A stretch of DNA of 64,000 nt, taken from positions 634,349-698,348 of the forward strand of contig CAVXQV010000013.1 of the NCBI GenBank assembly GCA_963764035.1. Direction: 5' to 3'. The position numbers were made by a program, and so were the translations under genes. The DNA comes from an uncultured Verrucomicrobiae bacterium (GTDB lineage Bacteria > Verrucomicrobiota > Verrucomicrobiia > Limisphaerales > UBA11358). Positions 11,822 through 22,350 of the stretch are shown here, one piece after another; the stretch's first letter is position 1; every line of letters begins with the position of its first letter. Below the pieces are notes generated by a model, which saw nothing but the letters and a program-made list of their open reading frames with translations, had not been told where the DNA came from and made no database searches.

Positions 11822-13300
11822 ATGAATCTCGCAGTTGCTTTCTCGAATTGCGCGCAAAGGCATTTGCAGAAAACCGCCGTGTTCTGGGGCGAAACGACGG
11901 TTTCCTACGCCGACCTGGTGGCGCAATCGCAAAAGGTCGCCGCGCATCTGCAAAATCATTTCGGCGTCCAGCCCGGCGACCGCGTGGCGTTGTGGCTGAA
12001 AAACTGCCCGGAATTTGTCGCGGCCGTCTTCGGAATTTTGCAGGCGGACGCGGTGGTCGTGCCGGTCAATAATTTCCTCAAGCCGGCGGAAGTCGCTTAC
12101 ATCCTGAACGACGGGGGCATTGACCTGGTGATCACCGACACGGAGTTGGCCGCACATTTTCCCGAGCTGGCCGCCTCGCGACCGCAATTGAAAATGTTCA
12201 AAGTGGAAGAGTTCGCCGCGCTCGCCGAATCACGCATCACGCATCACGTTTCACGCGCCGAGTCCGACCTGGCCGTCATCATTTACACCTCCGGCACGAC
12301 CGGCAAATCGAAGGGCGCGATGCTCTCGCACGGCAACCTGCTGCACAACGTCGAAAGCTGCCGCCTCGTGCTGGCGATGGTCGAGGACGATTCCTTCGCC
12401 GTCATCCTGCCGTTGTTCCACACCTACATGATGACCGTCGGCATTTTCCTCCCGTTCACCGTGGGCGGCTCGATCTTGCTCGTCAAGTCCCTGCATCCGC
12501 CGCGCGCGATGATGCAGGAACTTTTTTCGCGCCGCGCGACGATTCTGCCCGCGATGCCGTCGTTTTACCGGATGCTGCTGGCCGTGGATTTGCCCAAGCC
12601 GCTGCCCATCCGCATTTTCATCAGCGGCTCGGCGCCTTTGCCAATGCAGACGCTCAAGGAATTCGAGGCAAAGACTGGCGTGCCGCTGCTGGAAGGCTAC
12701 GGTTTGAGCGAGGCCAGTCCCGTGGTGTCCAAAAATCCGCTGCGCGGCGTCCACAAGGCCGGCTCCATCGGCCTGCCGATTCCCAACGTCGAAATGAGCG
12801 TGCAGGACGAGATGGGGAAAATGCTCGGCGCGGGCGAAACCGGCGAGATTTGCGTGCGCGGCGGGAATGTGATGATGGGCTACTGGAACCAGCCCGCCGA
12901 GACGACCAGGGCCTTCCGCAACGACTGGCTGCTCACCGGCGACGTGGGCCACCGCGACGCCGACGGCTATTACTACATCACCGACCGCAAGAAGGACATG
13001 CTCATCGTCAATGGCAACAACGTCTATCCGCGAGAGATCGAGGAGGTGATTTATCATTTCCCCGGCGTCAAGGAGGCGGCGGTCATCGGCGTGCCGGACG
13101 CGCGGCGCGGCGAGCAGCCGCTGGCGTTCGTGGCGGTGGCCGAGGGGCAGACGGTGGACGAAGATGCGCTGCTCCAATTCATCCGCGACAAGCTGGCCGA
13201 TTACAAAATCCCCAAGAAAATTGTCATCCTCCCCGCCCTGCCCAAGAACGCCACGGGCAAGATCCTGAAGCCGGAATTGCGGAAGCGGGCGTGGAAATGA
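11822..13300 (+). CDS. Long-chain-fatty-acid--CoA ligase
   Basis: IIYTSGTTGKSKG AMP-binding loop, EGYGLSEA, WLLTGD, LPKNATGKILK. Confidence 0.93.
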   Translation: MNLAVAFSNCAQRHLQKTAVFWGETTVSYADLVAQSQKVAAHLQNHFGVQPGDRVALWLKNCPEFVAAVFGILQADAVVVPVNNFLKPAEVAYILNDGGIDLVITDTELAAHFPELAASRPQLKMFKVEEFAALAESRITHHVSRAESDLAVIIYTSGTTGKSKGAMLSHGNLLHNVESCRLVLAMVEDDSFAVILPLFHTYMMTVGIFLPFTVGGSILLVKSLHPPRAMMQELFSRRATILPAMPSFYRMLLAVDLPKPLPIRIFISGSAPLPMQTLKEFEAKTGVPLLEGYGLSEASPVVSKNPLRGVHKAGSIGLPIPNVEMSVQDEMGKMLGAGETGEICVRGGNVMMGYWNQPAETTRAFRNDWLLTGDVGHRDADGYYYITDRKKDMLIVNGNNVYPREIEEVIYHFPGVKEAAVIGVPDARRGEQPLAFVAVAEGQTVDEDALLQFIRDKLADYKIPKKIVILPALPKNATGKILKPELRKRAWK

Positions 13301-13312
13301 ATTCCGACCGGA

Positions 13313-13630
13313 TTACGGAATCTCCAGCCTGCGGAATTCTCCGGCTTTCATCGCAGCGATTGCCGCCTGAATCAACCCCGCCGCCGCTTCGATGCGGCGC
13401 AGTTTGTTCGTGGAAAGCTCCAATATTGCGATGCTTCGGCCCGCAAGATTTTGCTGGTAGCGCAGGTTTTGGTCCGAAGTGATGAATAAATCAAACTCGC
13501 CTTCCGCCAGTTGCAAGAGCCGTCCATTTTTGATTCCACCCCAGCCTTGTTGTTGGGCCGTTCGGTAATCGTGGCCGGTGAGCAGCCGGTGCATCGGCCA
13601 CGGCACACATTCGTCCAGCAGGATTTTCAT
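13313..13630 (-). CDS. DUF5615/VapC45-like PIN toxin
   Basis: MKILLDECVP, GIKNGRLLQLA, FITSDQNLRYQQNL; overlaps the upstream DUF433 gene. Confidence 0.85.
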   Translation of the reverse strand: MKILLDECVPWPMHRLLTGHDYRTAQQQGWGGIKNGRLLQLAEGEFDLFITSDQNLRYQQNLAGRSIAILELSTNKLRRIEAAAGLIQAAIAAMKAGEFRRLEIP

Positions 13631-13845
13631 GCCGTGGCCGGCTCAAGCAGCGCTAATTCCGACCGTTCCAAAATCCGGCAGGCCATTTCACGCGTCACGG
13701 ACGGGAAACACTCCAGAAACTCGTTGAGGGAATAATCGTCTTCGAGATACTCAAAGAGCGTCTTGACGGGCACGCGCGTGCCCCGGAAAACGGGCGTGCC
13801 GCCCAGTATCTCCGAGTCAACCGTAATCAATTTATCCGCACTCAT
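13627..13845 (-). CDS. DUF433 antitoxin
   Basis: ILGGTPVFRGTRVPVKTLFEYLE...FPSVTRE. Confidence 0.9.
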   Translation of the reverse strand: MSADKLITVDSEILGGTPVFRGTRVPVKTLFEYLEDDYSLNEFLECFPSVTREMACRILERSELALLEPATA

Positions 13846-13895
13846 GATGGCAAGGTAGCACACCGGAAACTGGGCCGGCAAGTGCTGAACGCGCG

Positions 13896-15590
13896 CTACG
13901 GCGAACGGAGGCGGTAGAAACGGCCGGGATAATTCGTCCACTGCGGGTCGCTGAAATAGATTGAGCCGTTGGTTATGGTGCAATTGAGCAGCGGATTCCA
14001 TGTGCCTCCCAAGTCCGTGCTGGCTTCCACGACGATGGGTATGTTTGCGGTGCCTGCGATATTGAAACCAAACTGATTTGTCTGGATACCGAAACTCCCA
14101 TCTCCCGTTTTTGCTTGCGGATTCCACAAAACCGTTGGCCAACTGCCAAAAGTGGCACCCCATCCCGTGGTGCCCGGCAGATAATATGCCGTCCCCGATT
14201 CACCAGAAAATGCCGAATAACCATCTGCCGGTGCGTTTCCTAGGAAGTAGGCGTTAGTCAGGCTGGAGCATCCAAAAAACGCGAATTGCCCGATGTTGGT
14301 GATGCTGCCAGGGATCTTCACACTGGTCAGCGCGCAAACTTCAAACGCGTTGTTCCCGATACTGGTTACGCCATCGGCAACCACGATGTTTGTCAGGTGG
14401 GTGCAGTAAAAAAACGCATTATTCCCGATGCTAGTAACACTGCCGGGGACCGTCACACTGGCCACGCGAAAGCAGTAAAGAAAGGCATTCGATCTGACGC
14501 TCGTGACGCTGTCGGGAATTGCAAAACTCCCAGCCAGTCCAGGCGGAAATTCGATCAGCATTGTCTGGTTCTTGTTAAACAAGACCCCACCCAGGCTGCT
14601 ATAGGACGGATTGTCGGCATCCACCGTTATCGAGGCCAAGCTCTGGCATTCTTCGAAAACATCATCCCCGATGCTGGTAACGCTGTTTGGAATCATCACG
14701 TTGGTCAATTCGGTGCATTCATAAAACGCCTGATCCCCAATTCTAATGACGCTGTTGGGGATCGCCACATTCACCAGGTAGTAGCAATTATAGAATGTCC
14801 CGTAATCAATATTGGTGACGCTGGAACCAATCGTCACGCTGGTTAGGTTGGTGCAAAAATAGAACACATTCGTCCCCATTCTGGTCACACCGTTGGGAAT
14901 CACAATATTCGTCAAGCCAGTGCAGCGAGCGAAACAGCCGTCCCCAATACTTGTAACGCCGTTCGGGATCGTCACGTTGGACAGGTTCGTGCAGAAGAGA
15001 AACGCATAATTACCAATCGTGGTAACGCTGTTGGAAATCGCATAATTTCCTTTCAACCCACCTGGAAACGCAATGAGTGCAGTCAGGTTCTTGTTGAATA
15101 AAACCCCGGCAGCACTGCTGTATGATGGATTATTTGTATCCACCATGATCGATGTCAAACTGGGGCAACACATGAACGCCCCATCTCCGACGTTGATGAC
15201 GCCGCTGCCTATTGTCATTTTGGTCAGGGCAAAGCAGTTAAGGAACGCGCCTTGCCCGACGCCGGCGATTCCGTTGGGGATCGTGACACTTGTCAGGCTG
15301 AAGCAATTCAAGAAAGCTTGATAACCAATAGCGGCAACCGGGAAGCCATTAATTATATTGGGGATAGTCACGGCACCACCGGGGCCTGAATATTTTGTGA
15401 TGGTTATGGCACCGTTGTTGGTGACGAATGTGTATTGAGCCTGGAGTGTTGCCGGCAACGCCAACGAAATCAACGCCGCCAGCAGCAGCCGCGCAACAAT
15501 TGGCGGCAATTTTCTGTTTCGGCAGGGCCGCGCGGCCGCGCGGCCCCGGACGACCAGCAGGCAGTCCCTACCAATCAATTTTGGGTTCAT
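13896..15590 (-). CDS. Secreted BspA-type leucine-rich repeat (LRR_5) protein with C-terminal 'FYRL' domain
   Basis: Repeated IPNSVTSIGxxAFxxCxxLTSV units; ends ...IVVEASTDL...GRFYRLRSP. Confidence 0.92.
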   Translation of the reverse strand: MNPKLIGRDCLLVVRGRAAARPCRNRKLPPIVARLLLAALISLALPATLQAQYTFVTNNGAITITKYSGPGGAVTIPNIINGFPVAAIGYQAFLNCFSLTSVTIPNGIAGVGQGAFLNCFALTKMTIGSGVINVGDGAFMCCPSLTSIMVDTNNPSYSSAAGVLFNKNLTALIAFPGGLKGNYAISNSVTTIGNYAFLFCTNLSNVTIPNGVTSIGDGCFARCTGLTNIVIPNGVTRMGTNVFYFCTNLTSVTIGSSVTNIDYGTFYNCYYLVNVAIPNSVIRIGDQAFYECTELTNVMIPNSVTSIGDDVFEECQSLASITVDADNPSYSSLGGVLFNKNQTMLIEFPPGLAGSFAIPDSVTSVRSNAFLYCFRVASVTVPGSVTSIGNNAFFYCTHLTNIVVADGVTSIGNNAFEVCALTSVKIPGSITNIGQFAFFGCSSLTNAYFLGNAPADGYSAFSGESGTAYYLPGTTGWGATFGSWPTVLWNPQAKTGDGSFGIQTNQFGFNIAGTANIPIVVEASTDLGGTWNPLLNCTITNGSIYFSDPQWTNYPGRFYRLRSP

Positions 15591-15605
15591 GGGATTGATT
15601 TCATT

Positions 15606-15689
15606 TTGGAGTGCGCGGACATGTCCGCGCTTTGTTCCGGCGCGACATGTCGCGTCGGGGAAAGCGGCGACATGTCGCCGCACTCCACA
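15606..15689. repeat. REP-like element A (three nested palindromes)
   Basis: tggagtgcgcggacatgtccgcg...gcgacatgtcgc...gcggcgacatgtcgccgcactcca; inverted near-copy at 16568-16651. Confidence 0.85.
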
Positions 15690-15690
15690 T

Positions 15691-16365
15691 TTACGCCTTC
15701 GTTACTGGCGCGGGCTTGGCGGTCTTTTTCGCGACGCGCTCGACGTGGCTGGCCACGGTCCATTCGGCCAGCTTTTGCGGATCGTTTTTGTAGGTGTTGC
15801 GGACAATTGTGTCCACGACGTGCAAGGCAATCACGGCTTTGTGAACGGTGTCGGCAATGCCGGCGGTCGCGCCGGCGCGGGTTCCTTTGCCGGCGGCCTT
15901 GCTCTTGATGCAGGCTTCAAAGGCGTCGGTGTGCGCCTGGAGCGTGTCGAGAAAATCGGCGGGCAGACTCAAGGTGATGAATTGCGCCTTGAGCGGCGTG
16001 GCGTCCTGGATGAAGGCGCGGGCGGCGTTGAGCAGCTTTTGATTGCTGTTGCCGCGCGGCATACGGAACTCGCCTTCCACGCCCGGCGTGCCGAGCAGCG
16101 CCAGGCTGTGCGCGGCGCGGTTGATGTGGACGAGGTCGTCCTGAATGAGCAGCCACAGCGTCGCTTTGGAGAGGACGCTGCCGTGGGCCTCGCTGCCGCC
16201 GGAAAGTTGCTCCGCGCCCAGCGCGCCGGCCTGCATGACGGCGTCGGTGATGAGGGCGAATTGTTTGTCGCCGAGGCTGCCGGCCAGGAAGTCGGCGGCG
16301 TTGGCGGTGTGGAAGGCGTCGGTGCGTTTGAGGGTGTCGAGGGTGCGGATTTCTTGTTTTTTCAT
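15691..16365 (-). CDS. Hypothetical alpha-helical protein (224 aa), associated with 21-bp array 2
   Basis: Ala-rich helical ORF with normal GC3 codon bias; motifs FRMPRGNSNQKLL and KLAEWTVASHVE; no recognised catalytic motif. Confidence 0.85.
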   Translation of the reverse strand: MKKQEIRTLDTLKRTDAFHTANAADFLAGSLGDKQFALITDAVMQAGALGAEQLSGGSEAHGSVLSKATLWLLIQDDLVHINRAAHSLALLGTPGVEGEFRMPRGNSNQKLLNAARAFIQDATPLKAQFITLSLPADFLDTLQAHTDAFEACIKSKAAGKGTRAGATAGIADTVHKAVIALHVVDTIVRNTYKNDPQKLAEWTVASHVERVAKKTAKPAPVTKA

Positions 16366-16439
16366 GAGGTATGTGTGTTGAATGTTTTCGGCTGATTCAC
16401 AGTCATTATTCCCCCGGCGGGCGGCGGTGCAAGCGAATT

Positions 16440-16459
16440 CTTGTGAATTTTTTCACAAG
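16440..16459. promoter_or_regulatory. Palindromic operator CTTGTGA-N6-TCACAAG (CRP/FNR-family-like)
   Basis: cttgtgaattttttcacaag, ~75 bp upstream of the 16365 start; followed on the minus strand by TTGCAC-N16-AATAAT (sigma70-like). Confidence 0.7.
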
Positions 16460-16567
16460 GTGCCCAGCCACCGTAGCGGCGTCTCGGCAGAACGCCGCAA
16501 ACCTTTGAAAATCGAAGAATGCGGCTTTCTGCCGAAAGCCGCTACGCCGATTTTGCAGAGGTCCCTT

Positions 16568-16651
16568 TTGGAGTGCGGCAACATGTTGCCGCTTTCCTCG
16601 ACGCGACATGTCGCGTCGAACCAAAGCGCGGACGTGTCCGCGCACTCCAAA
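16568..16651. repeat. REP-like element A', inverted copy of 15606-15689
   Basis: Reverse complement aligns with only a few mismatches over ~82 bp. Confidence 0.85.
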
Positions 16652-16696
16652 TTCGGGAACCCAGGGCCGACTCACGTCGGCTGCCACGGTTACGGG

Positions 16697-16990
16697 CTGC
16701 GCAAACGGACGGACAAGCCGCACGGATTGCCTTTGGCGATGAACAAATCGGGTTTGCCCATGCGCAGGTCCGCTTGAACGATGCACCGACCGGCTTTTGC
16801 CATGCACAATTCCGCTGGCAGCCTGCACAAGCCGGGTTTGCGCCTGCACGGATTGACTTTTGCCATGCACAGGTCAGGTTTCGCCATGCACAGGTCGGCT
16901 TTCACCATGCACAGGTCGGGTTTCGCCATGCACAGGTCGCCGGCGCGCCTGCACGGGCCGGTGCGCGATTCGCATGGGACGGTTTGGACC
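16697..16990. repeat. 21-bp tandem array 2 (~14 degenerate units, consensus atgcacaggtcgggtttcgcc)
   Basis: (a/c)tgcac-like core recurs every 21 nt: 16739, 16760, 16781, 16802, 16823, 16844, 16865, 16886, 16907, 16928, 16949. Confidence 0.9.
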
Positions 16991-17111
16991 AAGCTCAACT
17001 GGCTTGTTTTCAACGAGTTCCAGATATGCCTTTTCCGGGTTGCCTTTCGGGTGGGGGTTCGTTAATCTGTCCAGACCGTTCGGGCATGAAGCGCGGGCGG
17101 TAATAGTTTTT

Positions 17112-17315
17112 ATGGCTGAAGGATATTGCGTCAAATGCAAGGCCAAGCGGGAAATCTCGAATGGCGTCGAGGAAACCATGAAGAACGGGCGCAAGGCGAT
17201 CAAGGGCAAGTGCCCGACCTGTGGCACGGTCATGTTCAAGATTCTCGGCGGCAAGGCCGCTCCGGCAGCCGCTCCAGCCGCTCCAGCCACCCCCGCTAAT
17301 CCGCCGACGAGCTAA
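17112..17315 (+). CDS. DUF5679-like small zinc-ribbon protein
   Basis: YCVKCKAKRE...MKNGRKAIKGKCPTCGTVMFKILG. Confidence 0.85.
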   Translation: MAEGYCVKCKAKREISNGVEETMKNGRKAIKGKCPTCGTVMFKILGGKAAPAAAPAAPATPANPPTS

Positions 17316-17317
17316 TT

Positions 17318-18499
17318 ATGTCGCAACAGCTCGCCTACGTCATCGTCACTCCCTACTCGCTTTACAAGTCGCGCACCGGCGGCATTCTAAGCCGCCTCAT
17401 CTCGCGCACCGGCCTCGAACCTGGCCGCCATGCGGATGTTTGCGCCCAGCGCCGAACTGGTCAAGCAATATGCCGATGAGATCGTTTCCGCCGAAGACCC
17501 GCAGGACCGGAAAATCCAGGAACTGCTCCACGATTACGTCCTCCAAAATCTCTCGCCCGACCCGAAAACCGGCCGCCGCCGTCGCGTCATGGTGATGATC
17601 TTCCGCGGCGAGGACGCGGTGCGCAAGGTCCGCTCGGTCGTCGGCAACCTGGGTCCCGACCGGCGCAGCGGCGAAACCATCCGCGACACTTACAGCGACT
17701 TGATCATGGATGACGACGGGAAGACGGTCCGCTATTTCGAACCCGCCGTGCTCGCCGCGCCGAACGTGAAGGAGGCGGAGGCGAAACTCAAGTTGTGGGC
17801 GCGGTTTTCCGACACCGACGGCGGCGTTTTGGAGAACGTCATCGCCTACGCGCCGGGGCAAATGGGCGAACGCACGCTGGTGCTCATCAAGCCGGACAAT
17901 TTCAAATTCCCGACGGGCCGGCCCGGCAACGTGATTGATTTCTTCTCGCGCACCGGACTTTACATCGTCGGCGTCAAGGTGCTTCACATGAGCCTGGCGC
18001 AGGCGATGGAGTTTTACGGCCCGGTCCGCGAAGTGTTGCGCACCAAGCTCAAGGACGGCGTCGGCGAACGCGCCAAGACCGCTGCTCGAAAAGGAACTCG
18101 GCTTCGTCATCCCCAAGGACCAAGAGAAGACGCTCGGCGAAATCCTCGGCCCGCTTCACGGCGACCATCAATTTGAGAACATCATGCGGTTCATGACCGG
18201 CCACACGCCGTCCGAATGCAAGACCGAGGCGGACCGCCAGAAGCCCGGCACGCAAAAGTGCATCGCGCTGGTTTATGAAGGCGTCGAACGCCGTCCGCAA
18301 AATCCGCGACGTGCTCGGCCCGACCGATCCGTCCAAGGCGCCGCCCGGCTCCATCCGCCGCGAATTCGGCTCGAACATCATCGTCAACGCCGCGCACGCG
18401 AGCGATTCGGCGGAAAATGCCCAGCGCGAAATGGCCATCGTCAAGCCCGGCGAAAACAATTTCCGGCAGGTCGTCGAGGAAGTTTACGGAAAGCTGTAG
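17318..18499 (+). CDS. ndk: Two-domain nucleoside-diphosphate kinase (several frameshifts)
   Basis: ERTLVLIKPD, VLGPTDPSKAPPGSIRREFG, NAAHASDS. Confidence 0.88.
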
Positions 18500-18875
18500 G
18501 CGCGCAATTTCTCCAGCAAACGCGCGTCGGCGGCGGGAAATTCAAAATCGGCCAGTTCGGATTTGCGAATCCATTTGAACGCGGCGCAGCCGAGACGTCT
18601 GCGGTTCGCCGGATTCCAGACGGCAGAGGAAGAATTTCAGGTGGACGGATTTTTCCGGATAGTCGTGTGATGATTTCCTCAAACAATTCGCCGACGGAAA
18701 TTTCGATCCCCAGTTCCTCGCGGATTTCGCGGACCAGGCATTGCTCGAAGGTTTCACCGGGTTCGCGTTTGCCGCCGGGAAATTCCCACAGCCCGCCCAG
18801 GTGCGAACCGGCGTGGCGCTGCGTGATGAGCAGTTTGCCGTCGCGGAAGATGAGCGCGGCGGAAACCTCGACATT
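18484..18875 (-). CDS. NUDIX hydrolase, MutT-like (frameshifted)
   Basis: Manual translation gives LWEFPGGKREPGETFEQCLVREIREELG (Nudix box) and EFPAADARLLEKL. Confidence 0.85.
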
Positions 18876-18881
18876 GGTTTT

Positions 18882-20177
18882 TTACGCGCTCCGACACTTT
18901 TGTAAACCCAGCCGCAGCCTTCCATTTCCGCGCGGTCGAACAGATTGCGCCCGTCGAACATGATCGGATGGGTCAGCGATTGCTTGGCGCGTTCCAGATC
19001 GAGCTTTTTGAATTCGTCCCATTCCGTCGCCACCACGAGCGCATCGCAACCCTCGGCCACGGCGTTCATGTCGTCCACGTAAGTCACGTCCGGACAGGAT
19101 GGCCCTGGCTTTGTCCATGGCCTTGGGATCGTGAACGCGAAGCGCGGCGCCTTCCTTTTGCAGGCGATGGCACAGATCAATCGCCGGCGACATCCGCACG
19201 TCGTCGGTGTTCTGCTTGAACGCGAGGCCGAGCACGCCGATGGTTTTGTCCTTCAACACCCAGAGCGTGTCGGTGATTTTTTTCACGAAGCGGTCCATCT
19301 GCTCGGCGTTGATGTGCTGGACTTCCTTGAGCAGGCGGAAATCGTAGCCGATTTGCTCGGCGATCTTGATGAACGCGCTCAAGTCCTTCGGAAAACAACT
19401 GCCGCCGAAACCGATGCCGGCGTTGAGGAAGCGGCGGCCGATGCGTTCGTCCAAGCCCGATGCCGTTGGCCACCTCCTGCACGTTCGCGCCGGCGGCTTC
19501 GCAGATGGCGGCGATGGCGTTGATGTAGGAAATCTTCAGCGCGAGAAACGAATTCGACGCGTGCTTGATGAGTTCGGCGGAATTGATGTCGGTGACGATA
19601 ATCGGCGCGTTGAACGGCGTGTAAATCTCCTTCATGGCCGCGACCGGCCGCTGCGAGCGGACGCCGATGACCACGCGGTCGGGCTTCATCAAATCGCCGA
19701 CGGCAAAACCTTCGCGGAGAAATTCCGGATTGCTGACGACATCAAATTCCACCTGCGCCTTGCAATAACGCTTGATGGTCTCGGCCACCTTTTCGCCGGT
19801 CTTGACCGGCACGGTGCTTTTGTCCACGACGATCTTGTATTCGCGTCATGGCGGCGGCGATGTCGCGCGCGACCTTCTCGATGAAGCTCAAGTCCACCGA
19901 GCCGTCCGGCTGCGGCGGCGTGGGCACGGCGATGAAAATCACGTCGGATTTCTGGACGCCCTCGGCGGTGCTGGTGGTGAACTCAAGCCGCCCGGCGGCG
20001 ACATTTTTCTTCACCAGATTCTTCCAGGCCGGGTTCGTAAATCGGAATGCCGCCGGCTTGAAGCAATTGGACCTTCGCCGCGTCGTTATCCACGCAAACG
20101 ACCTGATGGCCGACCTCGGCGAAACAGGTGCCGGTGACCAGACCGACGTAGCCCGTGCCGATAATCGTCAGTTTCAT
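18882..20177 (-). CDS. ugd: UDP-glucose/GDP-mannose dehydrogenase (several frameshifts)
   Basis: [45 protein letters not shown]. Confidence 0.93.
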
Positions 20178-20180
20178 GTT

Positions 20181-20894
20181 TTACTGCCCCGGCTTGGGAG
20201 GGATCACCGGGGCTGTCGCCGCGGCAGGCGCGGGCGCAATGACCGGAGCGGGCGCGGGCGCGGGCATTTTGTTCCTTAACTCGATCAAATGCATGGTCGC
20301 CTCGGAACCGAGCGCACCGCTCGGGTTGGCGCGCGCCACGTCCTGATACAGCACCAGCGCGTCGTTGAGCTTGCCTTGGGACTCCTCGATCCGGGCCAGG
20401 CCAAATTTCGCCGCGCTCACGACTGCGGTGTCGGAAGAATTGTTGATGACCCGCTGATACGCGCCGGAGGCCAGATCCTTTTTGTCCTGGGCATCCAGGC
20501 TCGTGGCCACGCCGAGCAACGCCTGGCTGGAAAATTCGCTGTCGGAATGATCGTCGAGGAATTTTTGGAACTGCGCCTGCGCGTCGGCATATTTGCCCGC
20601 TTCAAACAAGGCCGCCGCTCCCAACAGCGATGCGCGCTGCCCCGCGATCGTGCCGGGATATTCCGCCGCCACCTTCGCGTAGGCGTCGGCCGTCTGGTAG
20701 CCGCCGGAAAACGCCGCCTGGGTCAACGCCCGTCCGGCGGCGACTTCCTTGGCCGCGCGCTGGGAGACGAAAAACCAGAGAATCATCGTGGCCGCGGCGG
20801 CAACCACCGCGCCGCCAATCACCCGGTTGCGATTCACTTCGACCCAGTTCCAAAGTTTGAAAAGTTGTAATGTCGTTGAGTCTTGCGCTTGCAT
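20181..20894 (-). CDS. YfgM-like membrane-anchored TPR protein
   Basis: N-terminal TM helix after WVEVNRN, followed by TPR-like helices. Confidence 0.75.
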   Translation of the reverse strand: MQAQDSTTLQLFKLWNWVEVNRNRVIGGAVVAAAATMILWFFVSQRAAKEVAAGRALTQAAFSGGYQTADAYAKVAAEYPGTIAGQRASLLGAAALFEAGKYADAQAQFQKFLDDHSDSEFSSQALLGVATSLDAQDKKDLASGAYQRVINNSSDTAVVSAAKFGLARIEESQGKLNDALVLYQDVARANPSGALGSEATMHLIELRNKMPAPAPAPVIAPAPAAATAPVIPPKPGQ

Positions 20895-21053
20895 AGCGAG
20901 CTCACAGTCTTTCCATTGCCTGCCCGAAACACAAGCCAAAACTCCAGCATTTGGCCGCCGGAGTTTGGCTGAACCTCGAACCAGCGGCGATCCCCCGGCG
21001 CGCTCCCAAACTTTGAACTTTGAACGCTGAACCCTGAACTTTAAGCTGGCTGC

Positions 21054-22085
21054 ATGGCATCAAAGGTCAAAGTCGCCGTCTTGGGCACCGGCTCGCTGGG
21101 GCAACATCACGTCCGCATTTATTCCGAACTCGCCGCCGCCGGGCAAGTTGATCTCGCCGGCATTTACGACGCCAACGCCGACACCGCCCGCAAAATCGCC
21201 GCAAAGTACGACGTTCGCGTCTTCACTTCCATCGCCGAAGCCGCCGCCGCCAGCGACGCGCTCAATATCGTCACGCCCACCGTCACGCACTTTGAAATCG
21301 CCAAACCACTGCTCGCACAGGGCAAGCACGTCCTGCTCGAAAAACCGATGACCGACAACACCGCGCAGGCCGCCGAACTCGTCCAGCTCGCGCAGCAGCG
21401 CAATTGCGTCCTGCAGGTCGGCCACGTCGAGCGGTTCAATCCCGTTTTCAAATACCTCCAGACCGCCGCGCCCGAACCGCGCTTCATCGAATGCCACCGG
21501 CTCTCGCCCTACCCTGCCCGCTCCACCGACATCGGCGTGGTGCTCGATTTGATGATTCACGATTTGGACGTGGTGCTCGCGTTCGTGAAATCGCCGGTGA
21601 CGAGCGTGGACGCCGTGGGAATTCCTGTTTTGAGCAAATCGGAGGACATCGCCAACGCGCGGCTGCGGTTCGCCAACGGCTGCGTCGCCAATCTCACCGT
21701 CAGCCGCGTCAGCCCGGAGCAGATGCGAAAGATTCGCGTGTTCAGCGGCGGCAAGACCACGCCCAGCTACGTCTCACTGGATTACCGCGCGCAGGAAGGA
21801 TTCATTTACCGCGTAGCCCGTGAAGATGAGTGGGTAAGTTCCAAGTTGAGAAAGCTCATTGCTCTTGCGGACAGCAGCGTGACGGTTGTCAGCGAATTTG
21901 CCAGGAAAAGAGTAGTGCGCGAGCCGGTGCCGATCGCCAAGGACGAGCCGCTCAAGCTGGAACTGCAAAGCTTCGTCAACTGCGTCCGCGAAAAACAGAC
22001 GCCTGTCGTCAGCGGTGAATCCGCCAAACGCGCGCTGGATTTGGCGTTTGAGATTACGAGGCAGATCCAGGGACAGAAAATTTAA
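21054..22085 (+). CDS. Gfo/Idh/MocA oxidoreductase (GnnA/WlbA-like)
   Basis: VLGTGSLG, HVLLEKP, VGHVERFNP, VVLDLMIHDLD; lies close to lpxB. Confidence 0.9.
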   Translation: MASKVKVAVLGTGSLGQHHVRIYSELAAAGQVDLAGIYDANADTARKIAAKYDVRVFTSIAEAAAASDALNIVTPTVTHFEIAKPLLAQGKHVLLEKPMTDNTAQAAELVQLAQQRNCVLQVGHVERFNPVFKYLQTAAPEPRFIECHRLSPYPARSTDIGVVLDLMIHDLDVVLAFVKSPVTSVDAVGIPVLSKSEDIANARLRFANGCVANLTVSRVSPEQMRKIRVFSGGKTTPSYVSLDYRAQEGFIYRVAREDEWVSSKLRKLIALADSSVTVVSEFARKRVVREPVPIAKDEPLKLELQSFVNCVREKQTPVVSGESAKRALDLAFEITRQIQGQKI

Positions 22086-22350
22086 CTGCTGCCCGATTTC
22101 CTGACGCTGGGCGAATCGCCCGCCATGCAGGACGAAGCCGGTGTTTCCCGTCTTTTCACGCCCAGAACCCCAGGCATGGGGATTTTTGACCGTTTCGCGC
22201 GTTTTCGCCATCTTCCGGCATTTTTCAGCCTTGCAACCGTATTTGCCCGCGGTTGGACGGCTTAAGCTGTTGATCCAGAGGTTCAGCCAGGCCATCTGGC
22301 TGTGCCATAGGACGGACTGGCGGTGCCGAACAGTGACCGGTGAACTTTGC

